Assembly (NCBI GenBank): GCA_048213135.1 | Contig: PS015010.1 | Coordinates: 558,001-622,000, forward strand | Reading direction: 5' to 3' | Source: Reclinomonas americana ATCC 50394 | Taxonomy: Eukaryota | DNA: 64,000 nt | Part shown: piece by piece, positions 9,628-18,794 of the stretch | How positions within the stretch are numbered: position 1 is the stretch's first letter | How the letters are laid out: the number at the start of each line of letters is the position of its first letter | Made by a program: the position numbers and the translations under genes | Notes under the pieces: generated by a model | The model's database searches: none | The model's input: the letters and a program-made list of their open reading frames with translations, nothing else | Told to the model about the DNA's origin: nothing

Positions 9628-9814
9628 AGGTTGACATCTCTTATTCTTGAGGTTGACATCTTCATTTTTGAGGTTGACATCTTAAAACCCTAAAATACCC
9701 TAATAAGGATGATATCTTCCATTAGGAGATGTCAACCTGATTTCATACCTGATTTGGTTGAAAACACCCTATTCTCCGAAGAAAAATCCCCCTTTATCAA
9801 TTATCATTTTAACA
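9628..9814 (+). repeat. ~185-bp dispersed element, copy 2
   Basis: AGGTTGACATCT at 9628, 9650, 9671, degenerate 9706, inverted unit at 9727. Confidence 0.88.
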
Positions 9815-9868
9815 GCCACAACTTCAAAAAAGACGTAAGTTTGCTGTTCAACGATTACCGGTTCAGAC

Positions 9869-11365
9869 ATGAAGATCAAATCTTTCCTGGCAAAACCATT
9901 TGCCGGTTATATTCATAAACAGATCAGGAAGGGAATGGAAACGGCCGTGGCTGATCAGCAGGCCATCTTTAATCACCTTATCAAAACCGGTCTAAAGACC
10001 GAATTCGGCAAAGACCATCTCTTCGCTGACATAAAATCCCATGCCGATTTTGTACAAAGGGTGCCCATCCGCGATTATGAGGCCTTTAAACCTTATATCG
10101 AAAAAATAAAATCAGGTAAGCATAATGTGCTGTGGAAAGGTCAGCCCATCTATTTCGCCAAAACAAGCGGTACCACCAGCGGCATCAAGTATATCCCCAT
10201 CACTAAAGACTCTATTCCCAATCATATCAACACGGCCCGTAACGCGTTACTGAGCTATATGGCTGAAACGGGCAACACCCGCTTTGCCGATGGTAAACTG
10301 ATCTTCCTGAGCGGCTCGCCCGAACTGGAACGCATCGGCGGTATACCTACAGGACGCCTGAGTGGTATCGTCAATCACCACGTTCCCAAATACCTGCGGT
10401 CCAACCAGTTACCGTCTTACACTACCAACTGTATTGAAGAATGGGAAGAAAAACTGGATAAGATCGTGGAAGAAACGATCAACCAGAACATGACCCTCAT
10501 CAGCGGTATACCACCATGGATGCAGATGTATTTTGACCGCCTGGAAGAAAAGAGCGGTAAAAAAGTAGGAGAACTCTTTCCCAACTTCAGCGTGATGGTA
10601 CAGGGCGGCGTCAATTTTGAACCTTACAAGGCTAAACTCTTCGAAAGCATCGGACGCAAAACGGATACCATTGAATTGTTTCCCGCCAGCGAAGGCTTTT
10701 TCGCCTTCCAGGATTCACAGGAAGCAGAAGGGTTATTACTCAATACCAACAGCGGTATCTTCTTTGAGTTCATACCAGCAGGGGAAATCTTTAACGAAAA
10801 CCCAACCCGTCTTACTTTACAGGACGTTAAGGTTGGAGAGAACTATGCCCTCATCATCAGCAGCAACGCCGGGCTCTGGGCTTACAATATCGGTGATACG
10901 GTAAAATTCGTTTCCACCGAGCCTTACCGCCTGGTCGTTAGCGGCAGGATCAAACATTTTATTTCCGCCTTCGGTGAACACGTTATTGGAGAAGAAGTGG
11001 AATCGGCCCTGCTCAAAGCGGCTGATGAAGAAAATGTTCATATTACGGAGTTTACCGTGGCGCCTATGATCTCGCAGGACGGAGGTAAAAGCTACCACGA
11101 GTGGTTCATAGAGTTTGAGAATACGCCACAGAATATGGCAGAGTTTTCCAGGAAGATTGATGACAACCTGCGTCATAAGAATGTGTATTACGATGACCTC
11201 ATATCCGGGAATATACTCCAGCAACTCAAAATATCACCTGTTAAAAAGAACGGCTTCATCAATTATATGAAAGCCATCGGCAAACTGGGCGGACAAAATA
11301 AAGTGCCGCGACTCAGCAACGACAGGGAGATTGCAGAAGGGCTGAAAGATTTTGTTACACATTAA
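9869..11365 (+). CDS. GH3 family acyl-adenylate/amido synthetase
   Basis: FAKTSGTTSG, PASEGFF, YNIGDTV, KLGGQNKVPRL; TAAGTTTG promoter at 9836. Confidence 0.92.
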   Translation: MKIKSFLAKPFAGYIHKQIRKGMETAVADQQAIFNHLIKTGLKTEFGKDHLFADIKSHADFVQRVPIRDYEAFKPYIEKIKSGKHNVLWKGQPIYFAKTSGTTSGIKYIPITKDSIPNHINTARNALLSYMAETGNTRFADGKLIFLSGSPELERIGGIPTGRLSGIVNHHVPKYLRSNQLPSYTTNCIEEWEEKLDKIVEETINQNMTLISGIPPWMQMYFDRLEEKSGKKVGELFPNFSVMVQGGVNFEPYKAKLFESIGRKTDTIELFPASEGFFAFQDSQEAEGLLLNTNSGIFFEFIPAGEIFNENPTRLTLQDVKVGENYALIISSNAGLWAYNIGDTVKFVSTEPYRLVVSGRIKHFISAFGEHVIGEEVESALLKAADEENVHITEFTVAPMISQDGGKSYHEWFIEFENTPQNMAEFSRKIDDNLRHKNVYYDDLISGNILQQLKISPVKKNGFINYMKAIGKLGGQNKVPRLSNDREIAEGLKDFVTH

Positions 11366-11506
11366 TTATCTCCTCTGTTGGTAAATTCCTTGCTCTCAAA
11401 ACGACTTCACTTAGTTTAACAACTGGTTGTAGTCTGTTGTCAGTTGTCTGTCGCCCCTTACCATTCATCATTAATACAAGGTTAATTTTTAAACTTTTGC
11501 ATCATT

Positions 11507-11540
11507 TTTGCGTCCATTATTGCGAAAACAGTTAGTTTTG
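11507..11540 (+). promoter_or_regulatory. Bacteroidota sigmaA promoter of arg operon
   Basis: TTTG at 11507-11510 and TAGTTTTG (TAnnTTTG) at 11533-11540. Confidence 0.65.
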
Positions 11541-11565
11541 CGTCAACAATTACAATAAAGGTCAA

Positions 11566-11676
11566 TTGACAAACAACATCACATACACAAAAACTACCAC
11601 TTTCATTTCCATTGAAAGGGTTTTTGCTATGGAAAATGTGTTTGAGTCTCTCCCGCGACCGCGACGTGGTTGCTGA
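11566..11676 (+). CDS. Putative arg operon leader peptide (MTNNITYTKTTTFISIERVFA-MENVFESLPRPRRGC; alternative ATG at 11629)
   Basis: Open frame between promoter and first arg gene ending CCG CGA CCG CGA CGT GGT TGC TGA. Confidence 0.65.
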   Translation: MTNNITYTKTTTFISIERVFAMENVFESLPRPRRGC

Positions 11677-11762
11677 TAGGACGAGTAGTTAAAAGCTACC
11701 CCTGTCAGTGAAAAAATCTCCGCAACTTTCTACATTAATTTATTCATTTTCAATTTTCAGAA

Positions 11763-12464
11763 TTGGAAACAAATGACATCCTTATAAGGGTTGCCACATC
11801 TGCTGACAACCATTATGCGAACATCATCACCGACGAAATGGAAGCTTCTGCCAAAGCCAGGGGCACCGGTATCGCCAAGCGTTCACCTGATTATATCATA
11901 CAAAAGATGAACGAAGGCAAAGCCGTGATTGCCCTTACTTCAAAGGGTGATTGGGTAGGCTTTTGCTATATCGAGGCCTGGGGGCACGAACAATTTGTAG
12001 CCAACAGCGGGCTGATCGTTTCGCCGGCATTCCGTAAAAGCGGCGTAGCCAAGTCCATTAAGGAAAGGATCTTCCGGCTCAGCCGGGAAAAATATCCTGA
12101 TGCCAAGATATTCGGGTTGACAACCGGCCTGGCAGTGATGAAGATCAATTCCGACCTGGGATACGAACCGGTAACCTATTCAGAACTTACAGACGATGAG
12201 GAATTCTGGGCGGGTTGCAAAAGTTGCGTGAACTATGACATCCTCATGAGTAAGGACCGTAAGAACTGTATGTGTACTGCCATGCTGTATGACCCTGCCG
12301 ATCATTATGAACCGGAGGAAACCGCGGCCAATTTCAAAAAACATTCACGGCTGTATGAACGTTTCACAGCGATCAAACAAAGCCGCCTGCTGAAACTGCT
12401 TACCAAAAAAGATGGCAGTAAACGCAGCGGGAAAAAATTATTGCATTATTTCTTTAACCTCTAA
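11763..12464 (+). CDS. GNAT-family N-acylglutamate synthase (ArgA substitute)
   Basis: GNAT motif VSPAFRKSGVAK, FWAGCKSC; first gene of arg operon; TTG start. Confidence 0.8.
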   Translation: METNDILIRVATSADNHYANIITDEMEASAKARGTGIAKRSPDYIIQKMNEGKAVIALTSKGDWVGFCYIEAWGHEQFVANSGLIVSPAFRKSGVAKSIKERIFRLSREKYPDAKIFGLTTGLAVMKINSDLGYEPVTYSELTDDEEFWAGCKSCVNYDILMSKDRKNCMCTAMLYDPADHYEPEETAANFKKHSRLYERFTAIKQSRLLKLLTKKDGSKRSGKKLLHYFFNL

Positions 12465-12475
12465 AACCGGTGTTC

Positions 12476-13678
12476 ATGTCAAAAAAAGTTGTGTTGGGCT
12501 TTAGTGGCGGGCTGGATACGTCGTATTGCGTAAAATATTTTATCGAAGAAAGACAGTACGAGGTTCACTCGGTGATCGTGAATACCGGCGGTTTCTCTGA
12601 AGAGGAACTTCGCCAGGTAGAAGCGCATGCCTACAAACTGGGTGTAACCACGCATACTACCATCGATGCTGTGGAATCTTACTACAACCGTATCATCCGT
12701 TTTCTCATTTATGGTAACGTCCTCAAGAACAACAGTTACCCCCTCAGTGTGAGCGCCGAACGGTTGAGCCAGGCCCTCTGTATTGCTGAACACGTGCAGC
12801 AACTGGGTGCCGATGCGGTAGCGCATGGCAGTACCGGCGCGGGTAACGACCAGGTTCGTTTTGATATGATCTTCAATATTATGATCCCCGGCGTGGAGAT
12901 CATTACCCCCATCCGCGATATGTCGCTCAGCCGCGAGGAAGAGATCGCCTACCTTAAAAGCAAGGGAGTTGACATGAACTTTGAAAAAAGTATGTACTCT
13001 ATCAATAAAGGCCTCTGGGGTACCAGTGTGGGTGGAAAAGAAACCCTGAACAGCAACGGTATGCTCCCTGAATCGGCCTGGCCTACTCAGGTAACGGAAA
13101 CGGGTACACGTAATGTAGAATTATACTTTGAAAAAGGAGAGTTGAAAAGCGTAAACGGGCAGATTTTTGCTCACCCGGCTAAAGCCATTCAACACCTGCA
13201 GCAGATCGCAGGTCCGTACGGTGTGGGCAGGGATATTCATGTGGGCGATACCATCATCGGCATAAAGGGCAGGGTAGGGTTTGAAGCGGCGGCGCCCATG
13301 ATCATCCTGAAAGCCCACCACAGCCTGGAAAAACATGTACTCACCAAATGGCAACTCAACTGGAAAGACCAGTTGGCTCTTTTTTATGGCAACTGGCTGC
13401 ACGAAGGACAGGTGCTCGACCCGGTAATGCGGGATATAGAAGCCTTCTTCACCAGCACACAGGAGAACGTTACCGGTAAAGTATATGTAGAACTGCAGCC
13501 CTACCGTTTCCAGGTTACGGGTATTGAATCGGAGTATGACCTGATGAGCAGCCGCTTTGGAAAATATGGTGAGATGAACAATGGCTGGACCGGTGATGAT
13601 GTCCGTGGCTTCTCTAAAATATTCGGCAATGCCGTTACCATTTATCACGCAGTAAAAAACAATGCACATGCCAGCTAA
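12476..13678 (+). CDS. argG: Argininosuccinate synthase
   Basis: FSGGLDTS, HGSTGAGNDQVRF, IIGIKGRVGFE. Confidence 0.96.
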   Translation: MSKKVVLGFSGGLDTSYCVKYFIEERQYEVHSVIVNTGGFSEEELRQVEAHAYKLGVTTHTTIDAVESYYNRIIRFLIYGNVLKNNSYPLSVSAERLSQALCIAEHVQQLGADAVAHGSTGAGNDQVRFDMIFNIMIPGVEIITPIRDMSLSREEEIAYLKSKGVDMNFEKSMYSINKGLWGTSVGGKETLNSNGMLPESAWPTQVTETGTRNVELYFEKGELKSVNGQIFAHPAKAIQHLQQIAGPYGVGRDIHVGDTIIGIKGRVGFEAAAPMIILKAHHSLEKHVLTKWQLNWKDQLALFYGNWLHEGQVLDPVMRDIEAFFTSTQENVTGKVYVELQPYRFQVTGIESEYDLMSSRFGKYGEMNNGWTGDDVRGFSKIFGNAVTIYHAVKNNAHAS

Positions 13679-14663
13679 GATCAGGACCGGGATAGTAGGT
13701 GGCGCCGGGTATACCGGTGGCGAATTGACCAGGATATTGCTGAATCATCCGGGTGCTGAACTGTTGTTTGTACACAGCAAAAGCAATGCGGGAAATCCGG
13801 TGGCCGCGGTGCACAGCGATCTGTCGGGCGATACCAACCTGCTCTTTACCGGCGACACCAGCTTTATGGGGAATGACGAAATCGATGTATTATTCCTTTG
13901 CCTGGGACATGGCGAAGCCCGTCGTTTCCTGGAGGCACAAACCGTGTACCCCAAAATAAAGATCATCGATCTTTCACAGGACTTCAGGCTGAAAGACAGC
14001 AGCAGTATCGGCGACAGGACCTTTGTATATGGTCTCCCTGAACTGAACCGAGCCGGTATCGGCAATGCATCGAATATTGCTAACCCGGGCTGTTTTGCCA
14101 CAGCCATACAATTAGGTCTGCTGCCATTGGCACAGGCAGGCCTGGTCACTGATATTTATACAACCGGAATTACCGGCTCAACAGGTGCAGGACAGGGACT
14201 GAGTGCTACTTCCCACTTCACCTGGAGGGCCAATAATATACAGGCTTACAAAAGCCTCCAGCACCAGCACCTGGCCGAGATCGGGGAGTCGCTGGGACAA
14301 TTGCAACCGGGTACAGACATCGACATCAGCTTTGTACCCTGGCGCGGCGACTTCACCCGTGGCATCTTCATCAGCTCTCAGTTAAAATGCGACTGGAGCG
14401 ATAAGGAGATCAATAACCTGTATGAAGCCTATTATGCTGAGCATCCTTTTGTAACCGTATGCACAGATCCCATTTTTCTGAAACAGGTAGTGAACACGAA
14501 CAAAGCGGTGATCCATATTGAAAAAGTAGGGACCAAACTGGTCGTACACAGCGCCATCGACAACCTGCTGAAAGGAGCCAGCGGACAGGCAGTACAGAAC
14601 ATGAACCTCCTGTTCGGATTTGAAGAAACGATGGGGCTGAAACTGAAAGCGAACTTTTTTTAA
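13668..14663 (+). CDS. argC: N-acyl-gamma-glutamyl-phosphate reductase
   Basis: GGAGYTGGEL, IANPGCFAT, IDNLLKGASGQAVQNMN. Confidence 0.96.
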   Translation: MPAKIRTGIVGGAGYTGGELTRILLNHPGAELLFVHSKSNAGNPVAAVHSDLSGDTNLLFTGDTSFMGNDEIDVLFLCLGHGEARRFLEAQTVYPKIKIIDLSQDFRLKDSSSIGDRTFVYGLPELNRAGIGNASNIANPGCFATAIQLGLLPLAQAGLVTDIYTTGITGSTGAGQGLSATSHFTWRANNIQAYKSLQHQHLAEIGESLGQLQPGTDIDISFVPWRGDFTRGIFISSQLKCDWSDKEINNLYEAYYAEHPFVTVCTDPIFLKQVVNTNKAVIHIEKVGTKLVVHSAIDNLLKGASGQAVQNMNLLFGFEETMGLKLKANFF

Positions 14664-14723
14664 GTTTCCCTGCAGGCCGCGCCAGGAAGACGGGCCTGCA
14701 GGGAATAACCTTATTCAACCACG

Positions 14724-15857
14724 ATGAAACTTTTTGACGTATATCCCATAAATGACATCACCATTGCCAAAGCGGCGGGTAATTATGTATGGGATGATAA
14801 AGGAGAGCAATACCTTGACCTCTACGGCGGCCATGCCGTGATCTCCATCGGGCATACGCATCCCCATTACGTAAAGCGCATAGAAGACCAGCTGCATAAA
14901 GTAGGTTTCTATTCCAATTCGATAAAGATCCCTTTGCAGGAAGAACTGGCGGAAAAACTGGGGAAACTGTCCGGTAAGGAAGACTACCAGCTTTTTCTCT
15001 GTAACTCCGGCGCGGAAGCCAATGAGAACGCGATGAAGCTGGCCTCTTTTTATAACGGCCGGAAAAAGATCGTGGCTTTCAGTAAAGCCTTTCATGGCCG
15101 TACATCGCTGGCTGTAGCCGCAACGGATAACCCGAATATTGTAGCGCCGGTGAACGCGACGGACAATATCGTATTTCTTCCGTTTAATGATGCCGCCTCG
15201 CTGCAACAATTCTTTGCTGAACACGGAAACGAAATTGCCGGGGTGATCATGGAAGGTATACAGGGTGTAGGTGGCATACATGTGGCGACAGATGAGTTCC
15301 TGCAAACCGCCAGGCAGGTATGCGATGAATACAATGCCATCCTGATTGCCGACTCGGTACAATGCGGTTACGGAAGAACAGGGCAATTCTATTCGCATGA
15401 CCACAGCGGCATACAGGCTGATGTTTATTCTATGGCCAAGGGCATGGGCAACGGTTTCCCGGTAGCGGGCATTTCCATAGCACCCAAACTGCACCCCAAA
15501 CATTTTATGCTGGGTACCACATTTGGTGGCAATCACCTGGCCTGCGCCGCGGCATTGTCGGTGCTGGAAGTGATGGAAGAAGAACAACTGATGTCAAATG
15601 CAGCTGCAACAGGCAACTACCTGCTGGAAGAGTTAAAGCAATTGCCCGGCATTAAAGAAGTGAGGGGCAGGGGCCTGATGATCGGTATTGAACTGCCCGC
15701 GGAAAAAGCGGAAGTAAAAAAGAACCTGCTGTTCAAACATAAAATTTTCACCGGCGAAGCGAAACCCAATGTCATCCGCTTATTGCCGGCGCTGAACCTG
15801 GGCAGGAAAGAAGCAGATCGTTTCCTGGACGCGTTGAAAAAAGAGCTGTCTGCTTAA
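14724..15857 (+). CDS. argD: Acylornithine aminotransferase
   Basis: NSGAEANE, FHGRT, DSVQCGYGRTG, MAKGMGNG. Confidence 0.93.
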   Translation: MKLFDVYPINDITIAKAAGNYVWDDKGEQYLDLYGGHAVISIGHTHPHYVKRIEDQLHKVGFYSNSIKIPLQEELAEKLGKLSGKEDYQLFLCNSGAEANENAMKLASFYNGRKKIVAFSKAFHGRTSLAVAATDNPNIVAPVNATDNIVFLPFNDAASLQQFFAEHGNEIAGVIMEGIQGVGGIHVATDEFLQTARQVCDEYNAILIADSVQCGYGRTGQFYSHDHSGIQADVYSMAKGMGNGFPVAGISIAPKLHPKHFMLGTTFGGNHLACAAALSVLEVMEEEQLMSNAAATGNYLLEELKQLPGIKEVRGRGLMIGIELPAEKAEVKKNLLFKHKIFTGEAKPNVIRLLPALNLGRKEADRFLDALKKELSA

Positions 15858-15882
15858 ATGAATCGCTGAAAAAGGGTATGCG

Positions 15883-15907
15883 GTACAAGTGAGTGACACA
15901 ACGATGT
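15883..15907 (+). repeat. 25-bp dispersed intergenic repeat GTACAAGTGAGTGACACAACGATGT
   Basis: Exact reverse complement at 21471-21495. Confidence 0.85.
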
Positions 15908-15943
15908 CCCAGTAGATACTGCAGCCGGTAATAAAAAATAAAA

Positions 15944-16906
15944 ATGCAACATTTTGTTTCTGTTGATGATGTAACCGATGTGGATGCGCTCGTAAAAAAA
16001 GCACTGGCCTTTAAAGCCAATCCCTTCCTGCAACGTATGCTGGGCGCCGGCAAACGAGCAGGCCTGCTTTTCCTGAATCCTTCGCTGCGTACCCGATTGA
16101 GTACGCAGGTGGCCGCGTCGAACCTGGGCATGGAAGCGATCGTGTTCAATGTGGACAAAGAAGGATGGGCGCTGGAATTTGAGGACGGCGCCATCATGAA
16201 CGGCACAACCGTTGAACATATTAAAGACGCGGCACCCGTACTGGGCAGTTATTTCGATGTGCTGTGCGTACGTACTTTTCCATCGCTGGTCAGCAGGGAA
16301 GAGGACTACAGCGAAAAAGTGATCAACGCTTTCATTACATACGCCGGTGTGCCGGTAGTAAGCCTCGAAAGCGCCACGCTGCACCCGCTGCAATCACTCA
16401 CCGATATCATAACAATGGAAGAAGTGACGGCGAAGAACAATATCATCAAACCTAAAGTCGTACTCAGCTGGGCACCGCATGTAAAAGCGTTGCCGCAATG
16501 CGTGGCCAATTCCTTTGCCCAATGGGTGAATGCCTGGGGTAAAGCCGATTTCGTGATCACGCACCCTGAGGGCTATGAACTGGACGAGAAATATACAGCA
16601 GGCGCCACCATCACACATAACCAGGAGGAAGCCTTTGCCGGCGCTGATTTTATTTATGTGAAGAACTGGAGTTCGTATAAAGAATATGGAAAAATACTGA
16701 CTAACGGTAACGGATGGATGCCGGACCAAGCCAAGCTGGCGAGCAGCAACAATGCTAAAATAATGCACTGCCTGCCGGTAAGGCGCAACGTGGAACTGTC
16801 TGACGACCTGCTCGACAGCCCCGCCAGCCTGGTTACCCAGCAGGCAGCCAATCGTGTATGGGCCGCACAGGCGGTATTCGCCAGCATACTGGAGTCAAAA
16901 CAATAA
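15944..16906 (+). CDS. argF: N-acyl(succinyl/acetyl)ornithine carbamoyltransferase
   Basis: SLRT carbamoyl-phosphate motif, HPLQ, MHCLPVRR. Confidence 0.92.
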   Translation: MQHFVSVDDVTDVDALVKKALAFKANPFLQRMLGAGKRAGLLFLNPSLRTRLSTQVAASNLGMEAIVFNVDKEGWALEFEDGAIMNGTTVEHIKDAAPVLGSYFDVLCVRTFPSLVSREEDYSEKVINAFITYAGVPVVSLESATLHPLQSLTDIITMEEVTAKNNIIKPKVVLSWAPHVKALPQCVANSFAQWVNAWGKADFVITHPEGYELDEKYTAGATITHNQEEAFAGADFIYVKNWSSYKEYGKILTNGNGWMPDQAKLASSNNAKIMHCLPVRRNVELSDDLLDSPASLVTQQAANRVWAAQAVFASILESKQ

Positions 16907-16908
16907 TT

Positions 16909-17697
16909 ATGCAGCAACTGTTTGTCATCAAGATAGGAGGTAATGTGATCGACAAGGAAGAAAGCCTTGCCGAATTTCTGCGTGATTTCGCCGCTGTTGA
17001 TGCACCTAAAATACTGGTGCACGGCGGTGGTAAGATCGCCACCCGCATCGGCGAACAACTGGGATTGCAGGCGCAATACCACAATGGCCGCCGCATTACC
17101 GATGAAGCCACGCTTGACCTGGTGACGATGGTTTACGGCGGACTGGTGAATAAAAAGATAGTAGCTCAGTTGCAGTCATTGGGCTGCAATGCCATTGGAA
17201 TGACCGGCGCCGACGCCAATATATTACCCGCAGTGAAAAGACCGGTAAAGGATATCGACTATGGTTTTGCAGGCGATGTTAAGGGCGACAAGATTCCCGC
17301 TGCTACCATGCAGGCTCTGCTGCAATCGGGCTTAATACCCGTACTGGCACCGCTTACACACGATGGTGAAGGGCATATGCTGAATACCAATGCCGATACC
17401 ATCGCGTCTGCTGTTGCAGTGGCTTTGTCGGGGTACTACCAGGTACGCCTCGTATATTGTTTTGAAAAGAAAGGTGTGCTTGATGATGTAAACAATGACG
17501 ATTCAGTAGTACCGCTGATCAACCGGACCATCTACCAGCAACTGCTCAGCGAAGGCAAATTGGTGGAAGGTATTCTGCCCAAAATAGACAATGCTTTTGC
17601 CGCGATCGATAAAGGAGTGAAAGAAGTCCTGATCGGCGATGCCCGTGACCTGGTTCCCAATTGTACCGGTTCAGTAAAAGGAACACTTTTTCAATAA
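16909..17697 (+). CDS. argB: Acylglutamate kinase
   Basis: VIKIGG, VHGGG, GRRITD, LNTNADT. Confidence 0.94.
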   Translation: MQQLFVIKIGGNVIDKEESLAEFLRDFAAVDAPKILVHGGGKIATRIGEQLGLQAQYHNGRRITDEATLDLVTMVYGGLVNKKIVAQLQSLGCNAIGMTGADANILPAVKRPVKDIDYGFAGDVKGDKIPAATMQALLQSGLIPVLAPLTHDGEGHMLNTNADTIASAVAVALSGYYQVRLVYCFEKKGVLDDVNNDDSVVPLINRTIYQQLLSEGKLVEGILPKIDNAFAAIDKGVKEVLIGDARDLVPNCTGSVKGTLFQ

Positions 17698-18794
17698 TGC
17701 CGGATAACTATTTATACAACGAAGCCCTGCAGTTGCTGCAACAACTGATCGCGGTGCCGTCTTTTTCAAAAGAGGAACAGGAAACTGCGGGTATCATTAA
17801 CCGTTATCTTCAGCAGAAAGGCGTGACAACACAAAGATCGCTTAACAATGTATGGGCCGTCAACCGGCATTTTGATCCTGCTAAGCCTTCCATCCTGCTC
17901 AACTCGCATCACGATACGGTAAAACCCAACCCCGGTTATACCCGTGACCCTTTTCAACCTGAAATTACCGATGGAAAATTATACGGCCTCGGCAGCAATG
18001 ATGCCGGAGGGCCGCTGGTCAGCCTGATCGCTACCTTTATCCATTTTTATGACCAGAAAGGCTTAACCCATAACCTGGTACTGGCCGCTACAGCGGAAGA
18101 AGAGATCAGTGGTATCAACGGTATTGAACAGCTCTGGCCCCAATTACCGCAGATCGCTGCCGCCATTGTTGGTGAACCCACACTTACGCAACTTGCCATA
18201 GCAGAAAAGGGTCTGCTGGTACTCGATTGCGAAGCCAAAGGAAGGGCAGGGCACGCCGCAAGGGAAGAAGGAGACAGTGCGCTGTACAAAGCGATGGACG
18301 CCATCAACTGGTTTCGTACTTACCGGTTTCCCCAGGTATCCGCAACACTCGGCCCGGTGAAAATGAGTGTGACCAGCATCGAAACACCCAACAAAGCGCA
18401 CAACGTAGTACCCGATACCTGCCGCTTCGTGGTGGACATCCGCGTTACCGACAGCTACACGCATGAAGAAGTATTGCAGATCATCCGCGAAAATGTAACC
18501 GTTGAGGTAAAGCCCCGCAGTACGCGATTACGTTCTTCATCCATAGCCGCCGATCACCCGCTCGTGAAAGCAGGAACAGCATTGGATAAAACGGTGTACG
18601 GTTCGCCCACCAGTTCCGACGCTGCGCTGATGCCTGTGCCTGTGCTCAAGTGCGGACCCGGCGACAGCGCCCGCAGCCACACCGCCGATGAATTCATTTA
18701 TTGTAAAGAAATAGAGGAAGGTATTGCTACCTATATTGGTATATTGACAACGATATTAAACCCCGCAGATCATGAAACTCTGGCAAAAAAATAA
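17697..18794 (+). CDS. argE: M20 family deacylase (acylcitrulline/acylornithine deacylase)
   Basis: LNSHHDTV, GLGSNDAG, AEEE, GEPT, SHTADE; TAATG coupling with argB. Confidence 0.88.
   Translation: MPDNYLYNEALQLLQQLIAVPSFSKEEQETAGIINRYLQQKGVTTQRSLNNVWAVNRHFDPAKPSILLNSHHDTVKPNPGYTRDPFQPEITDGKLYGLGSNDAGGPLVSLIATFIHFYDQKGLTHNLVLAATAEEEISGINGIEQLWPQLPQIAAAIVGEPTLTQLAIAEKGLLVLDCEAKGRAGHAAREEGDSALYKAMDAINWFRTYRFPQVSATLGPVKMSVTSIETPNKAHNVVPDTCRFVVDIRVTDSYTHEEVLQIIRENVTVEVKPRSTRLRSSSIAADHPLVKAGTALDKTVYGSPTSSDAALMPVPVLKCGPGDSARSHTADEFIYCKEIEEGIATYIGILTTILNPADHETLAKK

Noticed and set aside
9628-9738. CRISPR array
   Set aside because: Units are 12 bp with 9-10 nt spacers, one unit inverted, no cas genes
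7142-9814. Tn7/Mu-like transposon (TGT...ACA ends with 21-bp repeats)
   Set aside because: No target duplication (CATTA vs GCCAC), no transposase, cargo is housekeeping
9869-11365. Plant-derived auxin gene
   Set aside because: GH3-family proteins are common in Bacteroidota
11420-11453. GTTGTC-type short repeats after GH3
   Set aside because: Too short and degenerate to call separately; may be another heptamer family
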